Shown: in pieces, positions 34,304 through 44,499 of the stretch
How the letters are laid out: each line of letters opens with the position of its first letter
Numbering within the stretch: the stretch's first letter is position 1
Assembly: GCA_031256875.1 (NCBI GenBank)
Contig: JAIRPQ010000065.1
Coordinates: 2,264-66,263, forward strand
Length of the DNA: 64,000 nt
Direction of reading: 5' to 3'
From: Eubacteriales Family XIII. Incertae Sedis bacterium
GTDB taxonomy: Bacteria > Bacillota > Clostridia > Peptostreptococcales > Anaerovoracaceae
Made by a program: the position numbers and the translations under genes
Notes under the pieces: model-generated
What the model saw: the letters and a program-made list of their open reading frames with translations, nothing else
What the model was told of the DNA's origin: nothing
The model's database searches: none

Positions 34304-36273
34304 AGGGCGTAGGCGCTTTCGTGAGCATTGACCCTAAAAGCCTGAAATTCAAACTGTGGGTGTATTTCCTCGTGTTCGCGGGGATAGTGCTCGCCATCCT
34401 CTGGTGTCTCCAGGTCATTTTCATGAATAATTATTATCAGGACATGAAGGTGCGCGAGACGGAGAACGCGGCGCAGAATATACAGACGCTTTACGAGACG
34501 GGCGAGTTTTCGGAGATACGCGGGCAGCTCCGCGAGATCTACCGCTCGAACGACATGTATATCGAGATTCAGACCGAGAACGGGATACCTATATATATAC
34601 CCGACATCAACCTTGACAGCGAAGATTCGGATTCGGAGAGTGGCAGCTCGGGTAATGATTCCGGTAATGGCTCTGGCGGTTCGGACGGATCCGGCGATGC
34701 TTCCGGTAACGGTTCGGGAAGCTTGGACGGCTCCGGCGATGCTTCCGGCAACGGTTCGGGCGATGCTTCGGACAGCGTTTCGGACAGCGCGGACGGGCTG
34801 GCTAATTACGGGCAGGACGGCGAAGCGGCGGCGGGCGATAACGCGGCCGGTGCGGACGCTGGTCTGGGCGATGACGGTACGCAGGACGGCGCTGCGGACG
34901 CGGCAAGCGGCAGCGGCGCGGGTGCGGGCGGCAGCGAGGCCATCACGCTGTCCGACGATGCCACAGGCAGCGCGGTGGATGCCGCGAACGCGGAAGCGGC
35001 GGCGGACGGCACCGCTCCGGTTCCGGACGAAGCCGCGGCAGACAAGCTCGAGGAGACGAACCTTGCGGACGTTAAGTCCACGCCGCATTTGTCACCGAGC
35101 GTCTACCGCGCCGAGATAGAAAATCTGCACAAGCAGCTCGTCGGCAGCGGCGAGCAGGCGTTCACGAAACAGGTAACCGATCCGAAGACCGAGCTGATCA
35201 CGCTCGAGTACGCCACGTACCTCACTTCCAAGGCGGGCGACCGCAACGTGCTGTATATTTTCTCGCCGCTCTATCCCATACAGTCTACGATGAACATATT
35301 GCAGAGCCAGCTTATCTACATCACCATCATCGCCATGCTCATGGCGTTCATGATTTCGTTCCTCATATCGCGCAGGATATCCGAGCCTATCGAGAATATC
35401 ACGAAGTCGGCGGAGCGGCTAGGCGAGGGCGAGTACGGAATAGTGTTCGACGGCGGGCATTACTCGGAGATATCGAAGCTCGCGGACACGCTCACATACA
35501 CGTCGCTGGAGCTGGCAAAGAGCGACAATTTGCAGAAGGATGTGATAGCGAACGTGAGCCACGACCTCAGAACGCCGCTCACGATGATAACGTCATATGC
35601 GGAGATGATACACGATCTGTCGGGCGGCGATCCAGAGAAGCGCAACGCGCACCTGCAGGTCATTATCGACGAAGCGGGCCGGCTGAACAAGCTGGTCACG
35701 GACTTCCTCGAAATCTCCAGGATGCAGTCGGGTGTGCAGGAGATATCGCTCACGACGTTCTCGCTGAAAGAGCTTATCGAAAACACGCTGCAATCATATA
35801 TAGGGTTCGTCGAAAAAGAGGGCTTCAAGCTCGTGTTCATTTCGAGCGGCAGCGGCATCATACGCGCGGACGCGGTGAGGCTGACGCAGGTCATCGACAA
35901 TCTCGTGTCGAACGCGTTCAAGTACAGCGGGCGCGACCGCACGGTGGAAGTCAAGATGCTGGACGAGCCGAATTACGTGAGGTGCGAGGTCTCGGATCAT
36001 GGCATCGGAATAATGAAGAAAGATCTGAAATACATATGGGAGCGCTACTACCGCGCCAGCACGAACTACAAGCGCGCGAACAGCACGGGGCTGGGGCTGT
36101 CGATAGTGAAGCAGATACTGCTCCTGCACGGCGCGAATTTCGGTGTCGAATCGGCGCTGAAAAAAGGCAGCACGTTCTGGTTCGAGATAAAGAAGCCGAC
36201 GGAGGAGGAGATGGCCGAGTACGAGGGGGATGTGGATGGCGATGGCGCAGGAGATGAATCCTCCGATGGCTAA
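34300..36273 (+). CDS. Sensor histidine kinase with long disordered Gly/Ser/Asp/Ala-rich extracytoplasmic insert
   Basis: 657 aa with two TM helices, H-box SHDLRTPLT and G-box TGLGLSIVK. About 150 aa of low-complexity sequence lie between the TM helices. Confidence 0.9.
   Translation: MKGVGAFVSIDPKSLKFKLWVYFLVFAGIVLAILWCLQVIFMNNYYQDMKVRETENAAQNIQTLYETGEFSEIRGQLREIYRSNDMYIEIQTENGIPIYIPDINLDSEDSDSESGSSGNDSGNGSGGSDGSGDASGNGSGSLDGSGDASGNGSGDASDSVSDSADGLANYGQDGEAAAGDNAAGADAGLGDDGTQDGAADAASGSGAGAGGSEAITLSDDATGSAVDAANAEAAADGTAPVPDEAAADKLEETNLADVKSTPHLSPSVYRAEIENLHKQLVGSGEQAFTKQVTDPKTELITLEYATYLTSKAGDRNVLYIFSPLYPIQSTMNILQSQLIYITIIAMLMAFMISFLISRRISEPIENITKSAERLGEGEYGIVFDGGHYSEISKLADTLTYTSLELAKSDNLQKDVIANVSHDLRTPLTMITSYAEMIHDLSGGDPEKRNAHLQVIIDEAGRLNKLVTDFLEISRMQSGVQEISLTTFSLKELIENTLQSYIGFVEKEGFKLVFISSGSGIIRADAVRLTQVIDNLVSNAFKYSGRDRTVEVKMLDEPNYVRCEVSDHGIGIMKKDLKYIWERYYRASTNYKRANSTGLGLSIVKQILLLHGANFGVESALKKGSTFWFEIKKPTEEEMAEYEGDVDGDGAGDESSDG
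34684..34760 (+). repeat. In-frame 42-bp tandem duplication inside the kinase gene
   Basis: GACGGATCCGGCGATGCTTCCGGTAACGGTTCGGG (34684-34718) and GACGGCTCCGGCGATGCTTCCGGCAACGGTTCGGG (34726-34760) encode DGSGDASGNGSG twice. Confidence 0.7.
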
Positions 36274-37669
36274 GCGCGATACCGTTTTTGTATGCCAGGA
36301 GTGCGGGCACGAGAGCCCCAAGTGGATGGGGCAGTGTATCTGCGGCGCGTGGAACAGCTTCGTAGAGGAGCGCGTAAGGGAGCAGACCAAAGCCGCCAGT
36401 CCCAAGGCCGCCAAGGTCGGCGGCCGAGCACACGGTCCTGTGCGTCTGCGCTCGGTGGATTCGTCGGCGCACGGCGGGCGGGCGCCGACGGGTATCTCGG
36501 AGCTGGACCGTGTGCTCGGCGGCGGCATCGTCGCCGGTTCGCTGACCTTGATTGCGGGGGAGCCCGGCATCGGCAAGTCCACGCTGATCTTGCAGGCCGC
36601 CGCGCGCCTGGCCGCGTCGCGGGGCACAGTTCTCTATGTATCGGGCGAGGAATCCGCCGAGCAGATAAAGCTCCGCGCGGACAGGCTGTCCCAGAGCGCA
36701 GAGGGCGTGCCCGAAAACCTGTATATACTCTCTGAAACCAATATCGAAAGCATCGTCGCGCACATACAGGACATCAGGCCCGTGTTCCTGATTATTGACT
36801 CTATCCAAACCATGTATACGGACTATATCGAGTCGGCGGCGGGAAGCGTTTCGCAGATAAGGGCATGCACCAACGAGCTGATGGGGCTGGCGAAGATGTC
36901 CGACATCCCCGTGTTCATCGTCGCGCACGTAACGAAGGCGGGCGAGTTGGCGGGGCCCAAGGTCATCGAACACCTGGTGGACTGCGTGCTGCTTTTTGCG
37001 GGCGACCGCACACAGGACATACGCATACTGCGCGCGCAGAAAAACCGCTTCGGCACGACGAGCGAGATAGGCGCTTTCGAGATGGCAGAGGAAGGGTTGC
37101 TCGAAATCCAGAACCTGTCGGGGACGCTGCTGGACGAGATGGACGGCGCGGCGGAAGGAGCTATCGCGACGGCCGTTTACGAGGGGACGCGCCCTCTGCT
37201 GCTCGAGATACAGGCGTTGACGGCGGCGGGCGGAGTGGGTTTTCCGCGCAGGACGGCGATAGGCATAGATCTGGCGCGCCTGAACATGATTATCGCCGTG
37301 CTGGAACGCAAGGCGGGTGTTGACCTGTCGGCAAAGGACGTGTATGTGAACGTGGTCGGCGGCATAAGGCCCGAGGGGACATCAGTGGACCTGGCCGTGG
37401 CGCTCGCCATATACTCCTCGGCGAAGGGCATCCCTGTGCCGGCGCAGACTTGCGCCATCGGCGAGATAGGGCTGACGGGCGAGCTGCGCTCCGTGAGGGG
37501 CGCGGACAAGATAGCGTCCGAGGCCGCGCGTCTCGGATTCACGCGGCTCATCCTGCCGAAGAAGAACGCCGCCAAGCTGACCGCCGCAGAAGCCAAAGCC
37601 ATCCCAGCCGCCACAATAACGGAAGCCATAGCCGCACTGAAAACCACGCCGAGCGCCGCCGCCCTGTAG
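36266..37669 (+). CDS. radA: DNA repair protein RadA/Sms
   Basis: Zn finger CQECGHESPKWMGQCICGAWNSF, Walker A GEPGIGKST, the KNRFG motif and a Lon-like C-terminus. The start is set at ATG 36266, overlapping the kinase stop by 8 nt. Confidence 0.93.
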   Translation: MAKRDTVFVCQECGHESPKWMGQCICGAWNSFVEERVREQTKAASPKAAKVGGRAHGPVRLRSVDSSAHGGRAPTGISELDRVLGGGIVAGSLTLIAGEPGIGKSTLILQAAARLAASRGTVLYVSGEESAEQIKLRADRLSQSAEGVPENLYILSETNIESIVAHIQDIRPVFLIIDSIQTMYTDYIESAAGSVSQIRACTNELMGLAKMSDIPVFIVAHVTKAGELAGPKVIEHLVDCVLLFAGDRTQDIRILRAQKNRFGTTSEIGAFEMAEEGLLEIQNLSGTLLDEMDGAAEGAIATAVYEGTRPLLLEIQALTAAGGVGFPRRTAIGIDLARLNMIIAVLERKAGVDLSAKDVYVNVVGGIRPEGTSVDLAVALAIYSSAKGIPVPAQTCAIGEIGLTGELRSVRGADKIASEAARLGFTRLILPKKNAAKLTAAEAKAIPAATITEAIAALKTTPSAAAL

Positions 37670-37749
37670 CACTGTTCATATTATTATTCCATAACAATAC
37701 TTTCGCCCGACAAGAAGCTGACCGCTGACCGCTTCGTTCCTGTTGCGCT

Positions 37750-39399
37750 TTACTTCTTGCGCAGCTCTGTCCTTCTTACTTTGCCTGATATCGTTTTGGG
37801 CAATTCTGTTACGAACTCTATCAGCCTTGGCGTCTTGTATGAAGCGGCGTTCGCTTTTACGAATGCGCGGATTTCCTTTGCGAGCGCGTCCGACGGCTCG
37901 TAGCCATCGTGCAGTATGATGCTGGCTTTCACGCGCTGCCCGCGCAGCGGGTCTGGCACACCCGTGACGGCGCACTCCTGAACGGCGGGGTGCTGCCCCA
38001 CGATGCTTTCGACTTCGAACGGCCCGATGCGAAAGCCCGCGGACTTGATGATGTCGTCCGTGCGTCCTATGAACCAGACGAAGCCGTTTTCGTCCCGCAC
38101 CGCCAGGTCGCCTGTGTGATAGTATCCATCGCTCCACGCCTTGGCGGTCAGCGCGTCGTTCTTGTAATACCCCATGAAGATGCCGACGTCGCCGGGGTTG
38201 CATTTGATACACATTTCGCCGGACGAGCCCGCGGGTACCTCCTCGCCGTTTTCGTCCAGGAAACGCAAATCATACAAGGGGTTCGGAAGCCCGATAGAAC
38301 CGGACACAGGCTCTACATATGGCGGCGTCATGACGATAGGAACGCTCTCGCTCTGTCCGTAAGCCTCGCGGATGCGCAGCCCCGTCAGCGAGCGGAATTT
38401 TTCGAAAAGCTCCTCCGACATCGGCTCGCCCGCGGAGGTCGCATACTCCAGCGACGAGAGGTCATAGTTCGCAAAATTCGCTTTGAGCAGCACGCGGTAG
38501 GCGGTCGGCGGCGCACAGAAAGACGTGACGCGCTGCTCTTCGATGACCTTCAGCAGTCGGTGCGCGTTCAGCTTTTCGTGCTCGTACACGAGGACCGCCG
38601 CGCCGCAGAGCCACTGCCCGTAGAGCTTGCCCCACGCCGCCTTTGCCCAGCCCGTATCCGCAAGGGTCAGGTGCAGGCTGCCCTCGTGAAGATGGTGCCA
38701 GTATTTCGCCGTAATAGTGTGCGCCAGCGGGTAGGTGTGGTTGTACGCGACCATCTTCGGCATCCCCGTGGTGCCGGACGTGAAATAAATAAGGAACATA
38801 TCCTCGTTTTTCGTCGTGCGCCTGAGCGCGGATCGCTCCTCCGAAAATCTCTGAAGGGCTTCATCGAATAATAAAAATTCGCCGCATGCTTTTGGCATGG
38901 GAGAGGGGGTATGCACGCCTGCCCTGACCAGGTGCTTCACGCTCGGCGATTCCTTTGACGCTTCCGCTGCGGCATCCAGCAGCTGCGAATCGTCGGTCGT
39001 AACGATGCATACCGCCTCGGCGTTGTTCGCGCGGTACACTATGTCGCTGGCGAGAATGTGATGTGTCGTGGGTATCGCCACCGCGCCGATTTTCATGAGT
39101 CCCAGAATCGCGAACCAAAAATGCGCGTGGCGGCGCAGTATGAGCATCACCTTGTCGCCCTCTCCTATCCCGAGCGAGAGGAAGAACCTAGCCGCGCCGT
39201 CGGAGCGCCGCTTCATGTCGGCGAAGCTGTAACGCGCGGTATTGCCATCGTCATCGCACCAGACCATTGCCGTCTTGTCCGGCTCGCGCTCCGCCCAGTC
39301 GTCCACGCAGTCAAAGGCGAAATTGAAATCGCTCGGTATGTCAAGTTTATAATTATTGGAAAAATCCTCGAAATCCTTGTAGTCTTTCAATTCTATCAT
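37750..39399 (-). CDS. AMP-forming acyl-CoA synthetase (medium-chain type)
   Basis: 549 aa with AMP-binding motif YFTSGTTGMPK and ...YHTGDLA... The C-terminal GKVRRTELRK is typical of the family. Confidence 0.88.
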   Translation of the reverse strand: MIELKDYKDFEDFSNNYKLDIPSDFNFAFDCVDDWAEREPDKTAMVWCDDDGNTARYSFADMKRRSDGAARFFLSLGIGEGDKVMLILRRHAHFWFAILGLMKIGAVAIPTTHHILASDIVYRANNAEAVCIVTTDDSQLLDAAAEASKESPSVKHLVRAGVHTPSPMPKACGEFLLFDEALQRFSEERSALRRTTKNEDMFLIYFTSGTTGMPKMVAYNHTYPLAHTITAKYWHHLHEGSLHLTLADTGWAKAAWGKLYGQWLCGAAVLVYEHEKLNAHRLLKVIEEQRVTSFCAPPTAYRVLLKANFANYDLSSLEYATSAGEPMSEELFEKFRSLTGLRIREAYGQSESVPIVMTPPYVEPVSGSIGLPNPLYDLRFLDENGEEVPAGSSGEMCIKCNPGDVGIFMGYYKNDALTAKAWSDGYYHTGDLAVRDENGFVWFIGRTDDIIKSAGFRIGPFEVESIVGQHPAVQECAVTGVPDPLRGQRVKASIILHDGYEPSDALAKEIRAFVKANAASYKTPRLIEFVTELPKTISGKVRRTELRKK

Positions 39400-39449
39400 A
39401 TTCGTTCCTTTCCCTATTGCGAATTATTCTACGGCGAATCGCGCTACAG

Positions 39450-41045
39450 CTATGACATGATGTTCACCTGCGGCATGTCGTTCTTGTCCAGCACGCCGCG
39501 CGCAAGGTAGAAGCAGATGCAGGAGGCGATGAACTGCCACGCCGTCAGGAGGGCGAACCCCACTATCATTCCCGCGATGCCGTCGATGAGCGTTCCGACA
39601 ATGACGGCGACGACGAGCCCGGGAGCGATCGCGACCACCACCATTATCATATAAAGGAATACGAGAAGTCCCGTGTTAATCTGCATGCCAGTCCAACGCA
39701 TCGACACGTAATTGACGCTGATAAGCAGCATGCTGTAAATCGCGTACGCGAGGATGCAGAACAGGATGAGGAGCGCCGGCGCGCCGACTAGGATGCCGCC
39801 CACGCCGAACAGCACGGCCGACTCAATGAGCGTCTTGAAGACGATTTCGAGATTGCTCCAAAATATCTTGCCGAAGGAGCGCTCGGGTATCATGTAGATA
39901 TAGTGCGAATAAATTTCTTTCATCCCGCGCCCCGTGCCGATGAGAAACATCTGCATCCACATGAGCACCATGGGGAGCGCGAGTGCATAGGTCGCGATAT
40001 CGCGTGACACCGCGCAAAGCACGATGCCAGCCCCGACAATAATAATGGAGGAGAGCCCCCAGAGTCCGAGTACGTTCGCGCGGAACGACTCTCTCAGATG
40101 TTTATAAAAGAGAGCGCTTGCGCCCACGCCGCCAAGACCGGTGCGCCCTACCCTTACGCGGCGGTCCGACAGTGCTTCCTGGTTTACCTGGCCTTCGGAA
40201 ATCGCACGCTGCTTTTCGAACAGTGTCTCGGTAGCGACGAGCACGTCCTCGTAGTAGTCGGGGTTGCTGCGCGAGAAATACACGAGGATAGCCGCTGCCA
40301 CCGCGAGCGTCAGCACCATCCAGAGCGCGCCCATCAGCCCCTGCCCCATCGCGAGCCCGAATACGGCTTCCGCGGCCCATCCGCTGACAGGCGTCCACGA
40401 AAAAACGGGATGCTCAAAAATCCGCAGTAGCGAAGCCCACGCGTCGCCCGTTTCTACGCACATTATCGCAAAGCATATCGCCACGGGAGCGAAAATCAGC
40501 GGCGCTATGATTTTTACGGCCAGCTTCCTGCGCGGCCTGCCGTTCGTGAGCGTATAGATGAACAGCGTGAGGACGGACATCAGCACCATCGCGACCACGA
40601 AGCCGAGCAGTAGCGACAGCACCGCATCGAAGCCGAGTCCGAAATTCCCGATGGAGCTGCCTTGGAATAATATGAACAGGCTCGCGACAAGTGCGGTTTT
40701 CAGCATGTTCGATACGCCGTAGACGAGGATGGCCTGCGTGCGAAGCGGCGATACGAAAAGCAGGTTCACGTCGTTCATGCCGAATATACTGTTGCCACGC
40801 GTGAGCCCGTTTTGCACGGACATCCCGAAGAACAGCGTGACGAGCGCAAACACGATGCCCTTGAACCACCGCGCGTCGGCAACGCCGCCTTGTCGCGCCA
40901 CGCCCGTGAGCATCGGCAGGATGCCGAGAAAAACTATCATGGCGATGAGGACGATAATCGTGACCAATTTGGACGGCGTTCGCAGCATATCGAGAATCCT
41001 GTTTTTCAGGCTTCTTACTACTATATATACGAGCGCACTGTTCAT
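39450..41045 (-). CDS. Putative ABC exporter permease (multi-TM)
   Basis: 531-aa polytopic ORF, translationally coupled (ATGA-type overlap) to the ATPase at 41042. Confidence 0.7.
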   Translation of the reverse strand: MNSALVYIVVRSLKNRILDMLRTPSKLVTIIVLIAMIVFLGILPMLTGVARQGGVADARWFKGIVFALVTLFFGMSVQNGLTRGNSIFGMNDVNLLFVSPLRTQAILVYGVSNMLKTALVASLFILFQGSSIGNFGLGFDAVLSLLLGFVVAMVLMSVLTLFIYTLTNGRPRRKLAVKIIAPLIFAPVAICFAIMCVETGDAWASLLRIFEHPVFSWTPVSGWAAEAVFGLAMGQGLMGALWMVLTLAVAAAILVYFSRSNPDYYEDVLVATETLFEKQRAISEGQVNQEALSDRRVRVGRTGLGGVGASALFYKHLRESFRANVLGLWGLSSIIIVGAGIVLCAVSRDIATYALALPMVLMWMQMFLIGTGRGMKEIYSHYIYMIPERSFGKIFWSNLEIVFKTLIESAVLFGVGGILVGAPALLILFCILAYAIYSMLLISVNYVSMRWTGMQINTGLLVFLYMIMVVVAIAPGLVVAVIVGTLIDGIAGMIVGFALLTAWQFIASCICFYLARGVLDKNDMPQVNIMS

Positions 41046-41866
41046 GACCGGCCACCGCCCTGCGCGTCGTTCTGCATGTCATTCTGTATGCCGCCGTCAG
41101 CCGATGCCGCCGCGCCGTTCTGCATGCCGCTGTCAGCCGGTGCCGCCGCGCCGCCCTCTGAGGAGGTTCCTGCGCCCTCGGTTGCGGCGAAATACGCGGC
41201 TTCGAGGCTCTCCCCCGCCTGCAGCTCGCTGCGCCTGAATGTGCGCGATATGCGCCCGCCTACCATTATATAAGTCAGATCCCAGTTCTCCTCGACGCTC
41301 TCGAGCATATGCGTACTGACCAAAAGCGCGGCGCCCGCGGCTTTCAGTTCGGCGAGGGCGTTTTTCAGCTCCCTGATGCCGCGCGGGTCAAGCCCCACCA
41401 GCGGTTCGTCAAGTATGACCGCTTTCGGCTCCGGCAGCAGTGCGCAGCATACGCTCACCTTCTGCTGCATCCCTTTCGACAGCTCCTTGCCGAGCTTCGT
41501 CCGCTTGTCCGAAAGCTCGAACCTCGCGAGCATGTCCTCCGCCCTGCCGCGCCACCCTTCTCCAAGGCGGTAGGCTCTCGCGATGAACTCCATATGCTCG
41601 TCCACCGTCAGCATGGGGTAGAGCGATGGAAACTCGGGCACGTATCCGAGGATGCGCTTGGCATCGGGCGTGCGGTTATCGAATCCGCCCACCGTAATCC
41701 TTCCGTCGAACCTCAACAGTCCGCAAATCGACTTGATGATGGTGGACTTGCCTGCGCCGTTCGGCCCTATCAAAACGGCGAGCTCTCCCGAAGCGACGGA
41801 CATGCAAACCCCGTCGTTCGCAAGCGTTCGCCCATATCTTTTTGTGACGTTTTCCACAAGTAACAT
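41042..41866 (-). CDS. ABC transporter ATP-binding protein
   Basis: Walker A GPNGAGKST and signature LSKGMQQKV. The C-terminal ~45 aa are a low-complexity extension. Confidence 0.9.
   Translation of the reverse strand: MLLVENVTKRYGRTLANDGVCMSVASGELAVLIGPNGAGKSTIIKSICGLLRFDGRITVGGFDNRTPDAKRILGYVPEFPSLYPMLTVDEHMEFIARAYRLGEGWRGRAEDMLARFELSDKRTKLGKELSKGMQQKVSVCCALLPEPKAVILDEPLVGLDPRGIRELKNALAELKAAGAALLVSTHMLESVEENWDLTYIMVGGRISRTFRRSELQAGESLEAAYFAATEGAGTSSEGGAAAPADSGMQNGAAASADGGIQNDMQNDAQGGGRS
41088..41153 (-). repeat. In-frame 36-bp tandem duplication in the 3' end of the ABC ATPase gene
   Basis: ATGCCGCCGTCAGCCGATGCCGCCGCGCCG (41088-41117) and ATGCCGCTGTCAGCCGGTGCCGCCGCGCCG (41124-41153). They encode a repeated GAAA(P/S)ADxG(M/I)QN segment. 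Confidence 0.65.
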
Positions 41867-42173
41867 AATGCCCCTCCTCTACGCCGGCAATAATTCGTGT
41901 TGAGTGATTTGTATGAGCATAACACAGGCTCTTTTAACGTGTCAATTAAATAAAATAAAAAAAATTCAAAATTAATGTTTAAGACGGCTCTGACGGGGTA
42001 TACATATATTGACTAGTTCCTTTTCATCAAATTGCTCGGCGGTTGCCTCTCTGGTGACCGCCTTGCAGCTTTTTAAGAATATTCCGCAGATTTGCGCGGC
42101 GCACCTGTGCCATTCCTCTGCGGGCAATTCTGTGTTATGATACTCGGGAACGCATTTTTTTATGGAGGACAAA

Positions 42174-42767
42174 ATGACAGAAACAAATCAGAACGCAACA
42201 ATTATAACCGAGTCATCCGAAAAGAAATCGAACCCTGGACCGCTGGGGCTGCTGGGTTTCGGCATGACCACCATACTGCTGAACCTGCACAACGCCGGCA
42301 TCATCGAGCTGAGCGTAGTCATCGTGGCCATGGGCTTCGCGCTGGGAGGACTGGCACAGATCATCGCGGGCATATTCGAGCTGAAACACGGCAACACGTT
42401 CGGCGGCACGGCATTCACGGCATACGGGCTTTTCTGGTGGTCGCTCATATTCATCTGGGCGAACCCCGTGAAAGAGGTCGCGCCTGCCGATGCATCGTCA
42501 CTCGCGTTCTATCTGCTGCTCTGGGGCATATTCACGCTCTGCATGTTCATCGGAACGCTGCGCCACAACCGCGCCACACAGGTGGTGTTCTTCTCGCTGA
42601 CCGTGCTGTTCTTCGGGCTCGCCATCAGCGATTTCACGGGCTCGGAAGCAGTGCATCACGCGTCGGGATGGATAGGGATATTCTGCGGCGCTTCCGCTGT
42701 ATACAACGCGACGGGACAGGTGATAAACGAGGAATTTGGACGGCAGGTATTCCCGCTCGGAAAATAA
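42174..42767 (+). CDS. satP: GPR1/FUN34/YaaH-family acetate/succinate channel (SatP-like)
   Basis: The NPGPLGLLGFG motif and six TM helices. I prefer ATG 42174 (GGAGGAC RBS) over ATG 42162. Confidence 0.85.
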   Translation: MTETNQNATIITESSEKKSNPGPLGLLGFGMTTILLNLHNAGIIELSVVIVAMGFALGGLAQIIAGIFELKHGNTFGGTAFTAYGLFWWSLIFIWANPVKEVAPADASSLAFYLLLWGIFTLCMFIGTLRHNRATQVVFFSLTVLFFGLAISDFTGSEAVHHASGWIGIFCGASAVYNATGQVINEEFGRQVFPLGK

Positions 42768-42846
42768 TCTGATTTGACGGCGGCCGTGGGGCGCGGCGAT
42801 GTCACATGCTATGCGCACAGGCCGCAATGACCGGATTTAGCGCGGG

Positions 42847-43599
42847 CTATGGCCTGCATATGGACTTCAGCACATTTAGTTCTTCTTCGGTGGGCGGCTT
42901 CGATTCTACGGCTGCGGACACGTCTATCTCAAAGCCCGTGTTCGCTATGACATCGGACGGAGATGCGCCGCAGCTGTATTCGGCGAGGTACATTCGCCTG
43001 TCCGCGCCAAAGCGCATAATGCCGAGGTCTGTTACGACAGCCTGCGGCCCTTTGGACGGATTCAGCCCCGCGCGGGCGCGGCCGTCCTCGCCGTCCACCC
43101 ATCCGGAGCTTGTTACATAGTCCAGCCTTTCTACAAACCTGCGCTTCTCATGCTTCATTACTATAACGGTGTCGCAGTGCGTCGCGATACCGTTCGCGCC
43201 GCCCGATCCCGTAAACCGCGTGCGCGGGCTTCTGTAATCCCCTATCGAGGTCGCGTTCAGATTGCCGTAGGGGTCGATCTGCGCCCCGCCGAGAAACCCC
43301 GCCGTTATCACGCCGCGCTTCGCGTAGAGCGCGCTGAACCCCACATATCGGTACTGCGGCCACAGCACCGATGCCTTTCGGCAGATGCGGAGGTCGCTGA
43401 CGCTCGTCGGCACTTCTTCGGGTTCGCTTTCGAATATCCCGCTCTCAAAAATGAACCGCGCCTCTGCCGCGTGCGTATTCTTCGCAAGCGCGGCGCCTAT
43501 CAGAGGCAGCCCCGTACCGATGATATACGTGCCGCCATTCTGTATCTGCCTGGAAATGGCTACTGCCATCAACTGCGCTGAACTGTGTTTTGTTCCCAT
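42847..43599 (-). CDS. gctB: Glutaconate CoA-transferase subunit B
   Basis: 250 aa. IGTGLPLIGAALAK, GGAQIDPYGNLNATSIGDY, RFTGSGGANGIATHCDTVIVMKHEKRRF closely follow my recollection of Acidaminococcus GctB. An alternative start is ATG 43569. Confidence 0.88.
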   Translation of the reverse strand: MGTKHSSAQLMAVAISRQIQNGGTYIIGTGLPLIGAALAKNTHAAEARFIFESGIFESEPEEVPTSVSDLRICRKASVLWPQYRYVGFSALYAKRGVITAGFLGGAQIDPYGNLNATSIGDYRSPRTRFTGSGGANGIATHCDTVIVMKHEKRRFVERLDYVTSSGWVDGEDGRARAGLNPSKGPQAVVTDLGIMRFGADRRMYLAEYSCGASPSDVIANTGFEIDVSAAVESKPPTEEELNVLKSICRP

Positions 43600-44495
43600 A
43601 TTTTCAAATATTCGCTATGTGTCCCCGCGGCAAAAACTTTCTCCGCCATGAATTTTTCAAAGCCCTGCTTCGTGCGGCTCGCCTTGTCGTATTCCACGAA
43701 AAAGCGGCTGTCGTAATCATATCTGCCGAAGCACTGGGACGGGTGCGCCCCCCTGGGCATGTGAACCACCGCGTCCACGCAGAGCCCCGTTATCGTATTC
43801 CTTTCGGGCTCGGCCTTCAGTTGTTCGCTGTCCACAAGCTCCTCGCACGACACTATGGTGTGGCGCGACGCGACGGCGATGTCCACGTCCTGAAACTCCG
43901 ACCCGTCTATGCGGCAGATACCGTCCGCGCTGGCCTGTTGTACGTGGAGGAGCGCAACATCTATGCGCGGCGTAGGTACGAGACATAGCTCGCTTTCCGG
44001 ATCGAACGGGTCTTTCGCCATGACGTATTTCTTCGGCGGAAGCTTGGGATGCTTCGCCCTCTCCTCCTCGCTGATTCCCCATTTCGCGAGCATGTCCGAC
44101 CCTATCATATTCTTCACGGGGATGTAGCTGAGCCCGAGAGCCGCTCCGTGTAACGCCAGCGTCTGAACGTCGAGGGAATAGTCCTCGAACATTATGCTCC
44201 CCGAAATATCCCCATCTGACTCCACCGCGTTGCGAAAGCGGTTGCAGACCATCGAAAATCCGGAATTGGCGATATACGAAACCATCAGCGCGGCGACGCA
44301 CCCCGCACCGATGAGCATGTCGATATCCCCGCCCGACGGCCCCCCTTCGATATACAGCCCCCTTCGTTTCTGACGAATTATTTCATAAACAAGACCGTAA
44401 GGGCGACGGTTCGTGACGAAACCTCCGATGGCCACACTGTCGCCATCGTGGACGAACCGCTCTACCGCCTCCCTTACTGTCATTGTTTTATTCAT
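43569..44495 (-). CDS. gctA: Glutaconate CoA-transferase subunit A
   Basis: 308 aa, family-I CoA-transferase alpha subunit: MTVREAVERFVHDGDSVAIGGF... Confidence 0.85.
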   Translation of the reverse strand: MNKTMTVREAVERFVHDGDSVAIGGFVTNRRPYGLVYEIIRQKRRGLYIEGGPSGGDIDMLIGAGCVAALMVSYIANSGFSMVCNRFRNAVESDGDISGSIMFEDYSLDVQTLALHGAALGLSYIPVKNMIGSDMLAKWGISEEERAKHPKLPPKKYVMAKDPFDPESELCLVPTPRIDVALLHVQQASADGICRIDGSEFQDVDIAVASRHTIVSCEELVDSEQLKAEPERNTITGLCVDAVVHMPRGAHPSQCFGRYDYDSRFFVEYDKASRTKQGFEKFMAEKVFAAGTHSEYLKIWEQNTVQRS

Positions 44496-44499
44496 ACAT

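Noticed and set aside
34615-35060. Repetitive DNA that might be a CRISPR array or VNTR
   Set aside because: The repeats are in frame inside a kinase gene, there are no unique spacers of constant length, and they encode Gly/Ser/Asp low-complexity sequence.
35794-36973. 277-aa and 340-aa minus-strand ORFs across the kinase/radA junction
   Set aside because: They overlap two motif-rich + strand genes, have Arg/Pro-rich composition and have no RBS. They are shadow ORFs.
41972-42172. 66-aa minus-strand ORF in the ABC-exporter/satP intergenic region
   Set aside because: It has no RBS, overlaps the satP promoter/start region, and has no recognisable features.
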